From NCBI GenBank assembly GCA_046296715.1, contig JBKBIN010000001.1, positions 1-64,000 on the forward strand: 64,000 nucleotides of DNA. The letters are read 5' to 3'. A program made the translations under genes and the position numbers. This document shows positions 27,819-38,748 of the stretch, in pieces. Every line of letters starts with the position of its first letter. Within the stretch, counting starts at the first letter, position 1. Below the pieces are notes generated by a model. It saw only the letters and a list, made by a program, of their open reading frames with translations. It did not search any database and had not been told where the DNA came from. This DNA is from Candidatus Ratteibacteria bacterium (GTDB lineage Bacteria > Ratteibacteria > UBA8468 > B48-G9 > JAFGKM01).

Positions 27819-28568
27819 TTATTTTTCATAACCTTTCACTATTTCAAGGAGACCAAAACCCTGACCTGTTCTTACTCCAAATCCATAATCATATAAAAAT
27901 TGTAAAATCTCTGGCTCACCTTCTAAGATAAATTTTCCCCTAAAACCTCTTACATATCCGTTATAATGAGGTATAACTGTTTCAATTATTGAATTTTTAT
28001 CTAAGAAAGAAAATTTAAGGTTTATCCTTTTATTAATATTTTTCAAATATTTTAACCTTTCTTCTGTCCTTTTCCTTAGTACTTCATTAAATCTTTCAAT
28101 ATTTTCTTCTTCTGGAATTATATACCAGTTTTTAAAGTCATCTGCTCTTTCTTCAGGGTCTGTTAGAATAGAAATACCAATTGTTCTAAATATAACTTGA
28201 TTGTCTTTTATTTTTTTATTTGGTAATAATGAAACATTATCAAGTTGAAATCTATGTCCATTAATTGTTATAAAGTCGTTTCTATTTTCTTTTAAAGTTA
28301 GTAAACCGTTCCAGAAATATGAAATAACTGAAAAATCACCACTTGAAAAAATTATTGAAATAGTTTTTCCTATTTTTTTTTTTTCAAATTCTTCGCCAAA
28401 ATAAGGGGAAAAAACATATGGCTTTGTTTTTTTGAATTCAAAAAGTGAATTGTAAAATGGTCTGTTTGATGTTTCAAATGTTTTCTTGATAAATGAGATA
28501 ATAGAACTTCTTGTATTTTCTTTTAGGTCTGTTTCTGTTTGGCTGGTAAAGTTTAATAAAATTCTCAT
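27819..28568 (-). CDS. cas6: Cas6 crRNA-processing endoribonuclease
   Basis: KPYVFSPY, FSSGD, G-rich loop YGFGVRTGQGFG. Confidence 0.92.
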   Translation of the reverse strand: MRILLNFTSQTETDLKENTRSSIISFIKKTFETSNRPFYNSLFEFKKTKPYVFSPYFGEEFEKKKIGKTISIIFSSGDFSVISYFWNGLLTLKENRNDFITINGHRFQLDNVSLLPNKKIKDNQVIFRTIGISILTDPEERADDFKNWYIIPEEENIERFNEVLRKRTEERLKYLKNINKRINLKFSFLDKNSIIETVIPHYNGYVRGFRGKFILEGEPEILQFLYDYGFGVRTGQGFGLLEIVKGYEK

Positions 28569-28575
28569 TATATAT

Positions 28576-28604
28576 ATTATACCATAAATTCACAAAAAAA
28601 TCAA
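28576..28604 (-). promoter_or_regulatory. Putative cas-operon promoter TTGATT-17-(TGG)TATAAT, 7 nt before the cas6 ATG (leaderless)
   Basis: Minus strand TTGATT 28604-28599, TATAAT 28581-28576; no SD upstream of cas6. Confidence 0.65.
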
Positions 28605-28689
28605 ATTTTTTAACAAACAATTGGAAAGTTGAAAAGTAAAAAATAAGATTGAAAAGAGACAATTTTCTTGAACAATAACATTTTTACAT

Positions 28690-29712
28690 TTATTTGACTT
28701 CATAAGGATAAATTGGACCTATATATTTTTTTGCAACGACAATTTGGTCAAACCATACTTTGCTTATATGACCAAAAGGTGCTTTTGTTATATATAGAAG
28801 AACCCAAAGAAAATTTAATTTAAGATCTTCATTATTTCTCCATCTAAAACCTTCAAATGGTAATCCTTCTTTTGGAATTTCAAAATATTCAGGACCTTTT
28901 TTTTCATAGTTCCAACTAATAGATTTGCCTCCTTGTTCTGGTATAAATTTGTCATAAACCCATTTACCCTTTGGAAATCCTTTACCTATATGATTTACAA
29001 GTTTACCATCTATCCATAAAGCCATTTCTCCATTATATTCACTTACTGGCTTATTCATTTTAACCATTACTTCAACACATATCCATTTATTTTTTTCAAC
29101 TTTAAGTAGAGGATTATTTATAAAAGAATTTCCCCAAGTTTTTCCTTCAGGTGGGCTACCTTTCATATCCTGCCAGTAAACATAATAATCCCATCTCCAA
29201 GAATTTCCATATGGCTCAATCCCAATAGTAAATCTTTCATTTCCTTTTGGTCTTTCACCTGCTCCTCCTTGTGGCCAAGGAGTTGATGGGTTATATCCAC
29301 CTATATGAAAAAAATGATGAATAGGTGCGCATTCAGAATCAAATTTAACATAAAATCTTACAAAAATTATTTCATATCCAGGTAATAGACGTTTATATAA
29401 ATGTCCTCCAGTTCCTTTTCCACCGATATGACTCATCAATAAAGAGTATTTTCCATTACTATTAGGTGGAATATCTTCTGAAAAAGACATAATTTCTAAA
29501 TTTGAAATATTTTCCCATTTCTTTTTTAATTGTTCTAAAGAATTAGTTTCAAAATCTTCAAAGAAAATTACATCTACATCTTTTTCTATTCCTTTATCTT
29601 GTGGATATTTTAAAGAAATTCCAAAACCTTCTTGAAGTTTAAGTTCATCAGCATTTATATTAATGATGAAAAAACAAAATATCAGAAAGGATAAAAATAT
29701 TTTTTCAATCAC
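28690..29712 (-). CDS. Secreted beta-sandwich protein (polysaccharide-lyase/ConA-like), function unknown
   Basis: Signal peptide; [39 protein letters not shown]. Confidence 0.5.
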   Translation of the reverse strand: MIEKIFLSFLIFCFFIININADELKLQEGFGISLKYPQDKGIEKDVDVIFFEDFETNSLEQLKKKWENISNLEIMSFSEDIPPNSNGKYSLLMSHIGGKGTGGHLYKRLLPGYEIIFVRFYVKFDSECAPIHHFFHIGGYNPSTPWPQGGAGERPKGNERFTIGIEPYGNSWRWDYYVYWQDMKGSPPEGKTWGNSFINNPLLKVEKNKWICVEVMVKMNKPVSEYNGEMALWIDGKLVNHIGKGFPKGKWVYDKFIPEQGGKSISWNYEKKGPEYFEIPKEGLPFEGFRWRNNEDLKLNFLWVLLYITKAPFGHISKVWFDQIVVAKKYIGPIYPYEVK

Positions 29713-31267
29713 GGGACTTTAAAATTTTATATTCAAAACTATCAAGAAGTGCCTGCCAAGATGCTTCAATAATATTTTCTGAAACTCCTACTGTTCCCCA
29801 CATATCTTTGTCATCTTTTGATTCAATTATAACTCTTGTAACTGCTGCTGTTGCTTTTTCTGGCTTTAAAATTCTTACTTTATAATCAGTTAATTTCATA
29901 TTCTTTATTTCAGGGTAAAATTTTTCAATCGCTTTTCTTAAAGCATTGTCAAGAGCATTTACAGGACCATTTCCTTCACTTGCTGTATGTTCAATTTTAT
30001 TACCTACTTTTATCTTTACAGTTGCTTCAGAAACTACTTTTTTACCTTTTTTCTCAACTATAACTCTAAAACCTTCAACTTCAAAAAGCTTTTTATATTT
30101 ACCAATCGCTTTTCTTACCATTATCTCAAAAGAACCTTCTGCTGCTTCAAATTGATAGCCCTCATTCTCAAGTTGTCCTACCATATCAAGAAGTTTTTTT
30201 ATAACTTTTGGCTTTTCTTCTAATTTGTAATCTTTAAATTTCTGAAGAATTGTGCTTTTTCCTGATAGTTCAGATATTAAAATTCTTCTTTCATTTCCCA
30301 CAGATTTAGGTTCTATATGCTCATATGTTAAAGGATTTTTACTAATTGCATCAATATGGACTCCTCCTTTGTGTGCAAATGCACTTAATCCTACAAAGGG
30401 CTGATTGTTTGGTGGAACAATATTCGCAACTTCATAAACAAATCTTGATAGTTCAGTAAGATGAACAAGTTTATTTTCAGGGATACATCTATAACCCATT
30501 TTTATTTCTAAAATTGGAATGATTGCAGTTAAATCAGCATTTCCACATCTTTCCCCAAAACCATTAATTGTTCCTTGAATATGAATTACACCACTTTTAA
30601 CTGCAGTTATTGTATTAGCCACACCAAGTGAAGAATCATTATGAGCATGAATTCCAAGAGGTGTTTGTAGTTTTCCTTTAATTTTTTCAATTATTTCTTC
30701 AATTTCAAAAGGTAAACTTCCACCATTTGTATCACAAAGAACAAGTTTTTCAGCTCCTGAATTCTCTGCAACAATAAGTGTTTTTAATGCATATTCAGGA
30801 TTTCTTTTATATCCATCAAAAAAATGTTCAGCATCAAAAAAAACTTTCCTATCATGTTTTTTTAAAAATTCTACTGTTTCTTCAATTAGTCTTAAATTTT
30901 CATCAAGAGATATTTTTAAAACATCTTTAACATGTAAATCCCAGGACTTGCCAAAAATTGTTATATATTCAGTTTCACTTTCAAGTAATTTTTTTATAAA
31001 TGGATCTTTTTCAACTGGATAATTTTTTCTTCTTGTGGAACCAAATGCAACTATTTTACTATTTTTAAACTTTTTATTCTTTATCCTTTTAAAAAACTCA
31101 ATATCCTTAGGATTTGAACCAGGCCAACCACCTTCTATAAAATCAATACCAAATTCGTCAAGTTTTTCAGCAATTTTAATTTTGTCATTTAGGGTAAAGA
31201 AAATATTTTCACCCTGACTTCCATCTCTCAATGTCGTATCATAAACTTCAATTTTCATCTTATCCAT
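29705..31267 (-). CDS. cimA: Citramalate synthase (LeuA family)
   Basis: [47 protein letters not shown]-terminal regulatory domain. Confidence 0.92.
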   Translation of the reverse strand: MDKMKIEVYDTTLRDGSQGENIFFTLNDKIKIAEKLDEFGIDFIEGGWPGSNPKDIEFFKRIKNKKFKNSKIVAFGSTRRKNYPVEKDPFIKKLLESETEYITIFGKSWDLHVKDVLKISLDENLRLIEETVEFLKKHDRKVFFDAEHFFDGYKRNPEYALKTLIVAENSGAEKLVLCDTNGGSLPFEIEEIIEKIKGKLQTPLGIHAHNDSSLGVANTITAVKSGVIHIQGTINGFGERCGNADLTAIIPILEIKMGYRCIPENKLVHLTELSRFVYEVANIVPPNNQPFVGLSAFAHKGGVHIDAISKNPLTYEHIEPKSVGNERRILISELSGKSTILQKFKDYKLEEKPKVIKKLLDMVGQLENEGYQFEAAEGSFEIMVRKAIGKYKKLFEVEGFRVIVEKKGKKVVSEATVKIKVGNKIEHTASEGNGPVNALDNALRKAIEKFYPEIKNMKLTDYKVRILKPEKATAAVTRVIIESKDDKDMWGTVGVSENIIEASWQALLDSFEYKILKSRD

Positions 31268-31336
31268 TTTAGTTTTCTCTCAATAAATTTCAGGATATAA
31301 TGTATATTATACATCAAATTGAAACAAAATAAAACT

Positions 31337-31969
31337 ATGGAAAATAAAGTTCTAAAAATCTACATAATTTTAGTTTTAACTTTAATAATCCCAGTTTATC
31401 CCAAAAATCAGATAGAACTTGTGAATATAAAGAAAATAATTCCTGATATTGTTCTTGATATAAGATACGCAACAGAAAATAATTTCACAGGAAAAATTCT
31501 TTATCCAACTTCTGATTGTTTTGTTGCAAAAGAGGTAGCAATTGCTTTAAAAAAAGTAAACGAAGATTTAAAAAAACAAGGGTATAAACTTAAAATTTTT
31601 GACGGATATAGACCATTATCTGTTCAAAAAATTATGTGGGAAATTATACCTAACCCAAAATATATAGCAGATCCTGAAAAAGGTTCTGCTCATAATAGAG
31701 GTTATGCTGTTGATGTTAGTTTGGTTGATTTAAATGGTAATGATGTTTTGATGCCAACAGATTTTGATGAATTTTCAGAAAAAGCAAGGCCTGATTATAA
31801 TAATCTACCTACTCTTGCAATAAAACATAGAAGAATTCTTCACAATACAATGAAAAAATATGGTTTTATTCCCTCTAAAACAGAATGGTGGCATTTTTTC
31901 TATCCTGGATATAAAAACAAACCTAATCTTGATATACCATTTGAAGTACTTAAGAGAAAACAGAATTAG
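31337..31969 (+). CDS. ddpX: D-alanyl-D-alanine dipeptidase (M15D)
   Basis: RYATENNFTG, FDGYRP, SAHNRGYAVD, EWWHF. Confidence 0.88.
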   Translation: MENKVLKIYIILVLTLIIPVYPKNQIELVNIKKIIPDIVLDIRYATENNFTGKILYPTSDCFVAKEVAIALKKVNEDLKKQGYKLKIFDGYRPLSVQKIMWEIIPNPKYIADPEKGSAHNRGYAVDVSLVDLNGNDVLMPTDFDEFSEKARPDYNNLPTLAIKHRRILHNTMKKYGFIPSKTEWWHFFYPGYKNKPNLDIPFEVLKRKQN

Positions 31970-31981
31970 TTAAAATTTAGT

Positions 31982-32656
31982 TCAAATTTTTAATTTTTCT
32001 CTAAAAAGAGAGATTATTTTTTCTACAACTTGGTCAATTGTTAAGTTTGTTGTATCTATGTAAAAATAATCATCTCCTATAACAAGTGGAGCAATCTTTC
32101 TGTTTTTATCTTTTTCATCTCTTTGTTTTATTTCTTCTTTAATCTTTTCTAAATTCTCTTCAATCCCCATTTCTTTTAACTGTAAATACCTTCTTTTTGC
32201 TCTTTCTTCAACTGAGGCATCAAGATAAATTTTCAACTGTGCATCTGGAAAAACTTTACTTCCAATATCTCTTCCTTCCATAACTAAATTATTTTTTTCT
32301 CTTAATTTTCTTTGCATATCCCAAAGTATCTCTCTAATTTTTAATATTGAAGCAATATAAGAAGTGTTTTTACTAACCTGTTCATTTCTTATTTCATTTG
32401 TTACATCCTGACCATCAAGAAAAATTTTAAAATTATTATCATCATAAGAAAGAGTAATTTTTGTATTTTTTGCCATTTGAATAAGTTTTTCATCGTCAGA
32501 AAAAGGAATCCTTTCTTTCATTGCTTTCAAAGCCAATGCTCTATACATTGCTCCAGTATCTACATATAAAAAATTTAGTTTTTTAGCCACAATCTTTGCA
32601 ACAGTACTTTTTCCAGCTCCTGCCGGACCATCAATAGCTATTACAAAATTTTTCAT
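31982..32656 (-). CDS. cmk: Cytidylate kinase
   Basis: IDGPAGAGKST, DTGAMYRA, MEGRDIG. Confidence 0.96.
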   Translation of the reverse strand: MKNFVIAIDGPAGAGKSTVAKIVAKKLNFLYVDTGAMYRALALKAMKERIPFSDDEKLIQMAKNTKITLSYDDNNFKIFLDGQDVTNEIRNEQVSKNTSYIASILKIREILWDMQRKLREKNNLVMEGRDIGSKVFPDAQLKIYLDASVEERAKRRYLQLKEMGIEENLEKIKEEIKQRDEKDKNRKIAPLVIGDDYFYIDTTNLTIDQVVEKIISLFREKLKI

Positions 32657-33214
32657 TTAAACTTCCATTATTTCCTTTTCTTTTTCTTTAATTCTTTTAT
32701 CTATTTCTCCTATAAATTTATCAGTCAATTTTTGTATTTCTTCTATTCCTTTATGCATATCGTCTTCGGAAATTTGTTTTTCTTCTTTAGCTTTTTTTAG
32801 TTGTTCATTTGCCTTTCTTCTTAATTCTCTTATTTCAATTTTTGCCTCTTCCCCCATATTATGCAGAATTTTTACAAGTTCTTTCCTTCTTTCTTCGCTT
32901 AATGGTGGAATTGGAACTTTAATTACATTTCCATCTGAAATAGGGGTAAGACCAATATTATTTGACTGTATGGCTTTTAAAACATTTCCAAAGATATTTT
33001 TGTCCCATGGCTGAATGACGATCATCTGTGGTTGTGGTATTGTTATTGTAGCAACTTGATTTATTGGCATTTTGGAACCATAACATTCTACTAAAATTCC
33101 TTCAAGTAAAGATATAGAAGCTCTACCTGCTCTCATTTTTGCAATTTCTTTAGAAAAAAATTCAACTACACCTTTCATTTTTTGTTCTGTTTCTGCATAA
33201 ATTTTACTCCTCAT
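32657..33214 (-). CDS. frr: Ribosome recycling factor
   Basis: MRAGRAS, IQPWD, PPLSEERRKELVK. Confidence 0.96.
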   Translation of the reverse strand: MRSKIYAETEQKMKGVVEFFSKEIAKMRAGRASISLLEGILVECYGSKMPINQVATITIPQPQMIVIQPWDKNIFGNVLKAIQSNNIGLTPISDGNVIKVPIPPLSEERRKELVKILHNMGEEAKIEIRELRRKANEQLKKAKEEKQISEDDMHKGIEEIQKLTDKFIGEIDKRIKEKEKEIMEV

Positions 33215-33938
33215 CTAAACCTCCTTTTTCAGAAATAATTGTTTTAATTCCTTTTCCTAAAATAATTTTTTTTAGATTATTTTTTTTAAAAAGATTAAAA
33301 ACAATGATAGGTATTTTGTTTTCCATACACATAGAAATTGCTGCTGCATCCATTATTTTAAGCTGCTTTTGTATTATTTCTAAATAACTCAATTTGTCAT
33401 ATCTTTTCGCATCTGGATATTTAAATGGATCTGCTGAATATACTCCATCAACTTTTGTTGCTTTTAATACAACTTCTGCTTTTATCTCAACAGCTTTTAA
33501 TGCTGCTGCTGTATCAGTTGTGAAATAAGGATTACCTGTTCCTCCAACAAATATTACAATTCTCCCTTTTTCAAGATGCCTGATCGCCCTTCTTCTTATA
33601 TAAGGTTCGCAAAATTGACGCATTTCAAAAGCACTTTGAACCCGCGTATCAAGTCCAAGTTTTTCAAGGGAGTTTTGTAAAGCAAGTCCATTAATAACAG
33701 TTGCAAGCATTCCCATATAATCAGCAGTAACCGGTTCAATAACATCCTTATCTCTTTCACTGCCTCTGTAAATATTTCCTCCTCCAACAACTATACCAAC
33801 TTCACATCCAAGGTCCCAGATACTTTTAATTTCTTTTGAGATAGAGATTAATGCTTTAGAACTAATTCCACCTCTTTTATCTTCCTGTAATGCTTCTCCG
33901 GAAAGTTTTAGTAAAACTCTTTTAAAAACTGGTTTCAT
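33204..33938 (-). CDS. pyrH: UMP kinase
   Basis: LLKLSGEAL, VGGGNI, DYMGMLATVIN, GNPYFTTDT. Confidence 0.97.
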   Translation of the reverse strand: MKPVFKRVLLKLSGEALQEDKRGGISSKALISISKEIKSIWDLGCEVGIVVGGGNIYRGSERDKDVIEPVTADYMGMLATVINGLALQNSLEKLGLDTRVQSAFEMRQFCEPYIRRRAIRHLEKGRIVIFVGGTGNPYFTTDTAAALKAVEIKAEVVLKATKVDGVYSADPFKYPDAKRYDKLSYLEIIQKQLKIMDAAAISMCMENKIPIIVFNLFKKNNLKKIILGKGIKTIISEKGGLDEE

Positions 33939-35416
33939 TTTTTTCTATGAAATATGATTTCTCTTTTACCTATCTTAATTCTTCCAGAATACTTAATTTT
34001 AAAATTTTCTAATTTTTTAATTTCATCTATTTCTAAACCAAGCATATTAGTCATTTTTTCGCATGTTTGAGGTATAAAAGGATATAAAAAAATTAATAAA
34101 TTTCTAATACCATAAAAAACCGAAATAATCGTTTTTCCATTATCAGCACCTTCTCTCCATGGAGCCTTTTCATCAAGATATTTATTTAAAAATACAACAA
34201 GTCTCCAGATCTCCTCAATCGCTTCTGAAAAAGAAATCTCTTCCATTTTTTCACAAACTTTTTTGTAAACACTTTCTGAAATTTCTATAATTTGGTTGTC
34301 AAATTCGCCTTCTGGAACATAACTTTCAAATTTCTTTTCAATAAGATTTAAAGTTCTATTCAATAGGTTCCCAAAATCATTAACAAGGTCACTATTATAT
34401 CTTTTTTTAAAATTTTCTTCTGAAAATTCTCCATCTAAACCAAAGGGTATCTCTCTTAAAAGAAAAAATCTAAAAGCATCAGACCCATATTCGTTAATGA
34501 AATATTCAGGAGAAATAATATTCCCTTTTGACTTTGAAATCTTTTCTTTACCAGAAATCCACCATCCATGAGCAAATATTTTTTTTGGTAAAGGTAAATT
34601 CAAGGCTAACAATATTGAAGGCCAGATAATGTGATGAAATCGCATAATATCTTTTCCAATTAATTGAACATCAGGTGGCCAATATTTTTTAAATGTTTCT
34701 TCGTCATAAAGATATCCTATCCCACTTAAATAATTTAATAGAGCATCAAACCAAACATAAATAGTATATTTTTCATCTGTTGGAGATTCAATACCCCAGA
34801 TAACATTCTTCCTTGTAATGCTTATATCAGAAAGCCCAATTTTTATAAAGTTCAAAATTTCATTTTTTCTAAAATCTGGTTTAACAAGTTCAGTATTTTC
34901 TACTATATCTTCTAACGATTTTTGATATTTAGAAAGTTTGAAAAAATAAGATGTTTCTGAAATTTCAGACACCTCTCTTTTACAATCAGGACAAATTGGT
35001 TTCGTCTCATCCTCAACATTAACATAACTTTCACAATGTATACAGTAAAAACCTTTATATTCTCCCTTATAAAGTTCTCCTTTTTCTAAAAGATTTTTGA
35101 AGACCCTTTTTACAACATCTTCGTGTATCTTTTCTGTCGTTCTTATAAACCTATCGTATGAAATATCTATTTTTTTCCACATATTTTTAAATGTTTCTGA
35201 AACTTTATCTGCAAGTTCAATTGGTGTTAATCCTTGTTTTTTTGAAGCCTCATAGATTTTCTGTCCATGTTCGTCAGTTCCAGTTAAAAAAAATACATCA
35301 TATCCCTTCATTCTATAAAATCTTGCAAGACAATCTGCTGCCACTGTTGTATAAGTATGTCCTATATGTGGTTCTGCATTCACATAATATAAAGGTGTTG
35401 TTATATAAAATTTCAT
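33935..35416 (-). CDS. metG: Methionyl-tRNA synthetase (short form)
   Basis: YVNAEPHIGH, TGTDEHG, YVWFDAL, KISKS. Confidence 0.96.
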   Translation of the reverse strand: MKFYITTPLYYVNAEPHIGHTYTTVAADCLARFYRMKGYDVFFLTGTDEHGQKIYEASKKQGLTPIELADKVSETFKNMWKKIDISYDRFIRTTEKIHEDVVKRVFKNLLEKGELYKGEYKGFYCIHCESYVNVEDETKPICPDCKREVSEISETSYFFKLSKYQKSLEDIVENTELVKPDFRKNEILNFIKIGLSDISITRKNVIWGIESPTDEKYTIYVWFDALLNYLSGIGYLYDEETFKKYWPPDVQLIGKDIMRFHHIIWPSILLALNLPLPKKIFAHGWWISGKEKISKSKGNIISPEYFINEYGSDAFRFFLLREIPFGLDGEFSEENFKKRYNSDLVNDFGNLLNRTLNLIEKKFESYVPEGEFDNQIIEISESVYKKVCEKMEEISFSEAIEEIWRLVVFLNKYLDEKAPWREGADNGKTIISVFYGIRNLLIFLYPFIPQTCEKMTNMLGLEIDEIKKLENFKIKYSGRIKIGKREIIFHRKK

Positions 35417-36078
35417 TTTTTTTCTACAGTTTCTTTTCTGTAAAATTCGTCTTCATAATTTAAACAACAAAGTAATCTTCCGCATAAACCAGTTATTTTA
35501 TTCATATCAAGTGGTAATTTTTGATTTTTAACCATTCTCATAGTAATAGATTCAAACTCTTTTAAGAAAGTAATACAACATAATTCTCTGCCACAAATTC
35601 CATACCCTCCTTTAATTTTTGCTTCGTCTCTTAACCCAATTTGTCGCATTTCAATCCTACAATTGAAAATTTTAGCAAGGTCTCTTACAAGTTTTCTAAA
35701 GTCAATCCTTCCTTCTGCCCAGAAGTAAAAGGTAAGTTTTGTTTTATCATAAGAAAAATCTGCTTCAATAAGTCGTATTGGCAAGTTATAACTTTTTATT
35801 TTTTCAAGACAAATGTTGAATGCTTCCTTTTTTTTCTCATTATTTTCCTGAATTATAATAAAATCTTTCTCATTCAGTTTTCTTAAAACCTTACCTGAAA
35901 CTGTTGGAGAAAAAATTCCCTTTGGTTCAAAAATTTTATATACTTTTCCATAATCTACTGTTCCTTGAGTAAACTCTACAAGAACAAAATCTTTTGGTTT
36001 AACATCAATTTCGTTTGGTAATTTAAAGTAAAGATTTTTTTCAACCTTTCTAATTTCAATCAATGCGATTTTATCCAT
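35413..36078 (-). CDS. ricT: PSP1-domain protein (RicT/YaaT)
   Basis: RIDFRKLVRDLA, RIEMRQIGLRDEAK, GICGRELCC, GLCGRLLCCL. Confidence 0.9.
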   Translation of the reverse strand: MDKIALIEIRKVEKNLYFKLPNEIDVKPKDFVLVEFTQGTVDYGKVYKIFEPKGIFSPTVSGKVLRKLNEKDFIIIQENNEKKKEAFNICLEKIKSYNLPIRLIEADFSYDKTKLTFYFWAEGRIDFRKLVRDLAKIFNCRIEMRQIGLRDEAKIKGGYGICGRELCCITFLKEFESITMRMVKNQKLPLDMNKITGLCGRLLCCLNYEDEFYRKETVEKK

Positions 36079-37853
36079 TTTTCAATCTCTTCAGATAAAA
36101 TTTTCTCTTCTATTGTAATATCTTTTAACATTTTACTTTTATCATAATAAACTTTGAATTTCTCGTAATTTCCTATTTTTTTGTAAAACAAAGAAATTTC
36201 AAGATTATAAAGTTTTTTATTAGGATAGCACTCTAAAACTTTCATAAACATTTTTTCTGCTTGTTGGTAATTACCGACTACTTCATAAATATGTGCAAGA
36301 TGTCTATATCCTTTTGCAAGATAAGGATTTAGATAAACAGATTTTTTATAACTTGATATCGACTCTTGTAGAAATTCATCTTTTCCTGTTAACTGCCACA
36401 TATTTGTATATAATTTACCTTTCTCAAAATAAATTTCAAAGTTTTTATTATACATTCTTTCAGCACATTCAAGTAAATATAATTTCTCATCAATTGTTGA
36501 TGTTCTTTCACTTTTTTTTCTATATCTCTCCGAATTTTCAAATCTTATCAAATTTAAAAAACTAAATCCAGTTATAATTATGATAAGACATAATAGGAAT
36601 TTTGTCAATCCTTTTGATCTTATGTCATTTTTTGTTTCGTCTATGCCAAGTGCAGCAAAAATAAAGAATAAAACACCTACAGAGGGATCGTAAAAACCAA
36701 AATCAACTAAATTATGAAGAATAAAAGAAAGTAAAAGATAAATAATGCCAATATTCAGCAATTTTTCTTTTTTATCTGTTGAAATTCTAATAAAAATATT
36801 CCAGATAAATAAAGATAGTAAAACTAATCCCAATATACCGTTTTCAACTAAAGTTTCTATTAAAAAATTATGAGCATGCGCTGCTTCAAGACCTTCTGGT
36901 GTTTTAAATTTTAGAAAATAATATCTAAAATTTTCAGGACCAACACCTAAAAAGGGCTTTAATTGAATGATATTAAAACTGCTTTTCCAGTAAATTATTC
37001 TATCTATTAATGAGTGTATATGAGGTAGTATTTTAAACTTAAATCCAAAAAAAATTAATAAAATTTCAATTAACAATAGAAATGGCAAAGTTTTTTTAAA
37101 TATTTTTCTATCAAAAATGATTTGAAGAAGAATTAAATGGAAAATAAAAATGAATATTAAGAGACCACCAATGGATTCGGTTAAAATAAGATTCAAAAAT
37201 GATAAAAAGAAAAGAAAAAGAGAAGGAAATTTATAAAAATTTTTATTTTTTTCCAAAAAGATAAAAAACAAAAAAGGCATTATAGATATAAGAAAAGTTG
37301 CATATATATTGGGATAAATAAAGGTGGAAAAAATTCTATTACTTTCTGCTCTATCAAAAAAAGTAGGCGAAAAATATTTTAAAAATTCTGGATATTGATT
37401 AAAAAAATCCTTATTCTCTAAAATATACTTTCTTGTTGCTTCCAACCCCCAAAATCTTTGATATATTCCATATAGAGTTAAAATAAAAGTGCTTAGTAAA
37501 ATCGTTCTAATTAATACTTCTTTTTCTTTGTCTTTTATTAAATTTCTTACAAGAAAAAACAAAAGTAAACAAGTTGAAATATAAGCGTTATACCTAATCC
37601 CAGTTCCTTTAATTTCTGAAATTAAAGATGAAGTAATTGAGAAGATTAAGAAAAGAAAAAGGAGTGCCTCTGTATAGGTAATTTTTAATCCATTAAACTT
37701 AAAGACGACTAAAAATATAAATAATAAAAATAAAGTAATAGAAAAAAATAAATTGAAAATTGGATAGGTAATTCCATCAAAAAAAAATCTGAAAAGGACA
37801 AGAAAACAAATGAAATATGTCAATATTTTATTTATTACTGCGCTTTTTTTCAT
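36060..37853 (-). CDS. O-antigen ligase (Wzy_C) family membrane protein with C-terminal TPRs
   Basis: Multi-TM; STFIYPN, PFLGVGPENF, HAHNFLIETLVENGILG; TPR-like tail. Confidence 0.8.
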   Translation of the reverse strand: MKKSAVINKILTYFICFLVLFRFFFDGITYPIFNLFFSITLFLLFIFLVVFKFNGLKITYTEALLFLFLIFSITSSLISEIKGTGIRYNAYISTCLLLFFLVRNLIKDKEKEVLIRTILLSTFILTLYGIYQRFWGLEATRKYILENKDFFNQYPEFLKYFSPTFFDRAESNRIFSTFIYPNIYATFLISIMPFLFFIFLEKNKNFYKFPSLFLFFLSFLNLILTESIGGLLIFIFIFHLILLQIIFDRKIFKKTLPFLLLIEILLIFFGFKFKILPHIHSLIDRIIYWKSSFNIIQLKPFLGVGPENFRYYFLKFKTPEGLEAAHAHNFLIETLVENGILGLVLLSLFIWNIFIRISTDKKEKLLNIGIIYLLLSFILHNLVDFGFYDPSVGVLFFIFAALGIDETKNDIRSKGLTKFLLCLIIIITGFSFLNLIRFENSERYRKKSERTSTIDEKLYLLECAERMYNKNFEIYFEKGKLYTNMWQLTGKDEFLQESISSYKKSVYLNPYLAKGYRHLAHIYEVVGNYQQAEKMFMKVLECYPNKKLYNLEISLFYKKIGNYEKFKVYYDKSKMLKDITIEEKILSEEIEKWIKSH

Positions 37854-38748
37854 TTAATAGACCTATAATTTCTTTTAGATTTTTATTTTTTGTTTCATCT
37901 AAGAAGTTTAATAAACTTTCAAAAACTTCGTCAATTATCTTAGAATTTGTAAATAAACCACTTCCAATTCCAATTGCAGAAGCACCAACTAAAAAATATT
38001 CAACAGCATCAATACCTTTAACAATACCACCAATTCCAATAATAGGTATTCTCACAGTTTTATAAATATCATAAACTGCTTTAAGCCCAATAGGTTTTAT
38101 ACATCCACCTGAAAGTCCACCATCAACTATTTTCATTTTTTTAAAATCAACACTTAATCCCTTTACACTATTTATGACTGAAATTATATCAACTCCTGCT
38201 TCCTCAGCAGCACTTGCAATTTCTTTAATATCAGTAACATTTGGAGAAAGTTTTGCAATTAGAGGAATTGAAGTTTCATTTTTTAATTTTTTTATAATTT
38301 TGTAAGTCAATTCAGAACTTTGAGAAATCATTTTTTGTTTCTTTTCAAAATTTGGGCAGGAAAGATTTAATTCTAATGCATCTATTTTTTCTTTATTCAA
38401 AATTCTTACAAGATTAATAAATTCAACTTCTGTTCTTCCAGAAATACTAACAAAGATTTTGTCATACTTTTTTCTTATTTCTGGAAGGATATTTCTAATA
38501 AAATAAAAAACTCCAGGATTTTGAAGTCCTATTCTATTTATCATCCCTGAATATGTTTCAAAAATTCTTGGTTGTGGATTACCTTTCCATGGATCATATG
38601 TAATAGTTTTTGTTGTAATTGCACCAATCTTTTTATAATCAATAAAATCATATCTTTCTAACCCATATCCAAAAGTACCACTTGCCATTATTATTGGTGT
38701 TTCTAATTTAATTTTACCAAGTTCTATTTGAAGTTTTTTTATTCCCAT
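37828..38748 (-). CDS. pyrD: Dihydroorotate dehydrogenase 1B catalytic subunit
   Basis: ASGTFGYG, GNPQPR, NRIGLQNPG, ELNLSCPN, KLSPNV, GGLSG. Confidence 0.95.
   Translation of the reverse strand: MGIKKLQIELGKIKLETPIIMASGTFGYGLERYDFIDYKKIGAITTKTITYDPWKGNPQPRIFETYSGMINRIGLQNPGVFYFIRNILPEIRKKYDKIFVSISGRTEVEFINLVRILNKEKIDALELNLSCPNFEKKQKMISQSSELTYKIIKKLKNETSIPLIAKLSPNVTDIKEIASAAEEAGVDIISVINSVKGLSVDFKKMKIVDGGLSGGCIKPIGLKAVYDIYKTVRIPIIGIGGIVKGIDAVEYFLVGASAIGIGSGLFTNSKIIDEVFESLLNFLDETKNKNLKEIIGLLNEKKRSNK

Noticed and set aside
28620..28689. Possible CreA/CreR-like mini-array upstream of cas6 (GTTGAAAAG and ATTGAAAAG 20 nt apart)
   Set aside because: Similarity to the actual repeat is too weak for such AT-rich DNA, and no spacer-like complement to the cas promoter was seen
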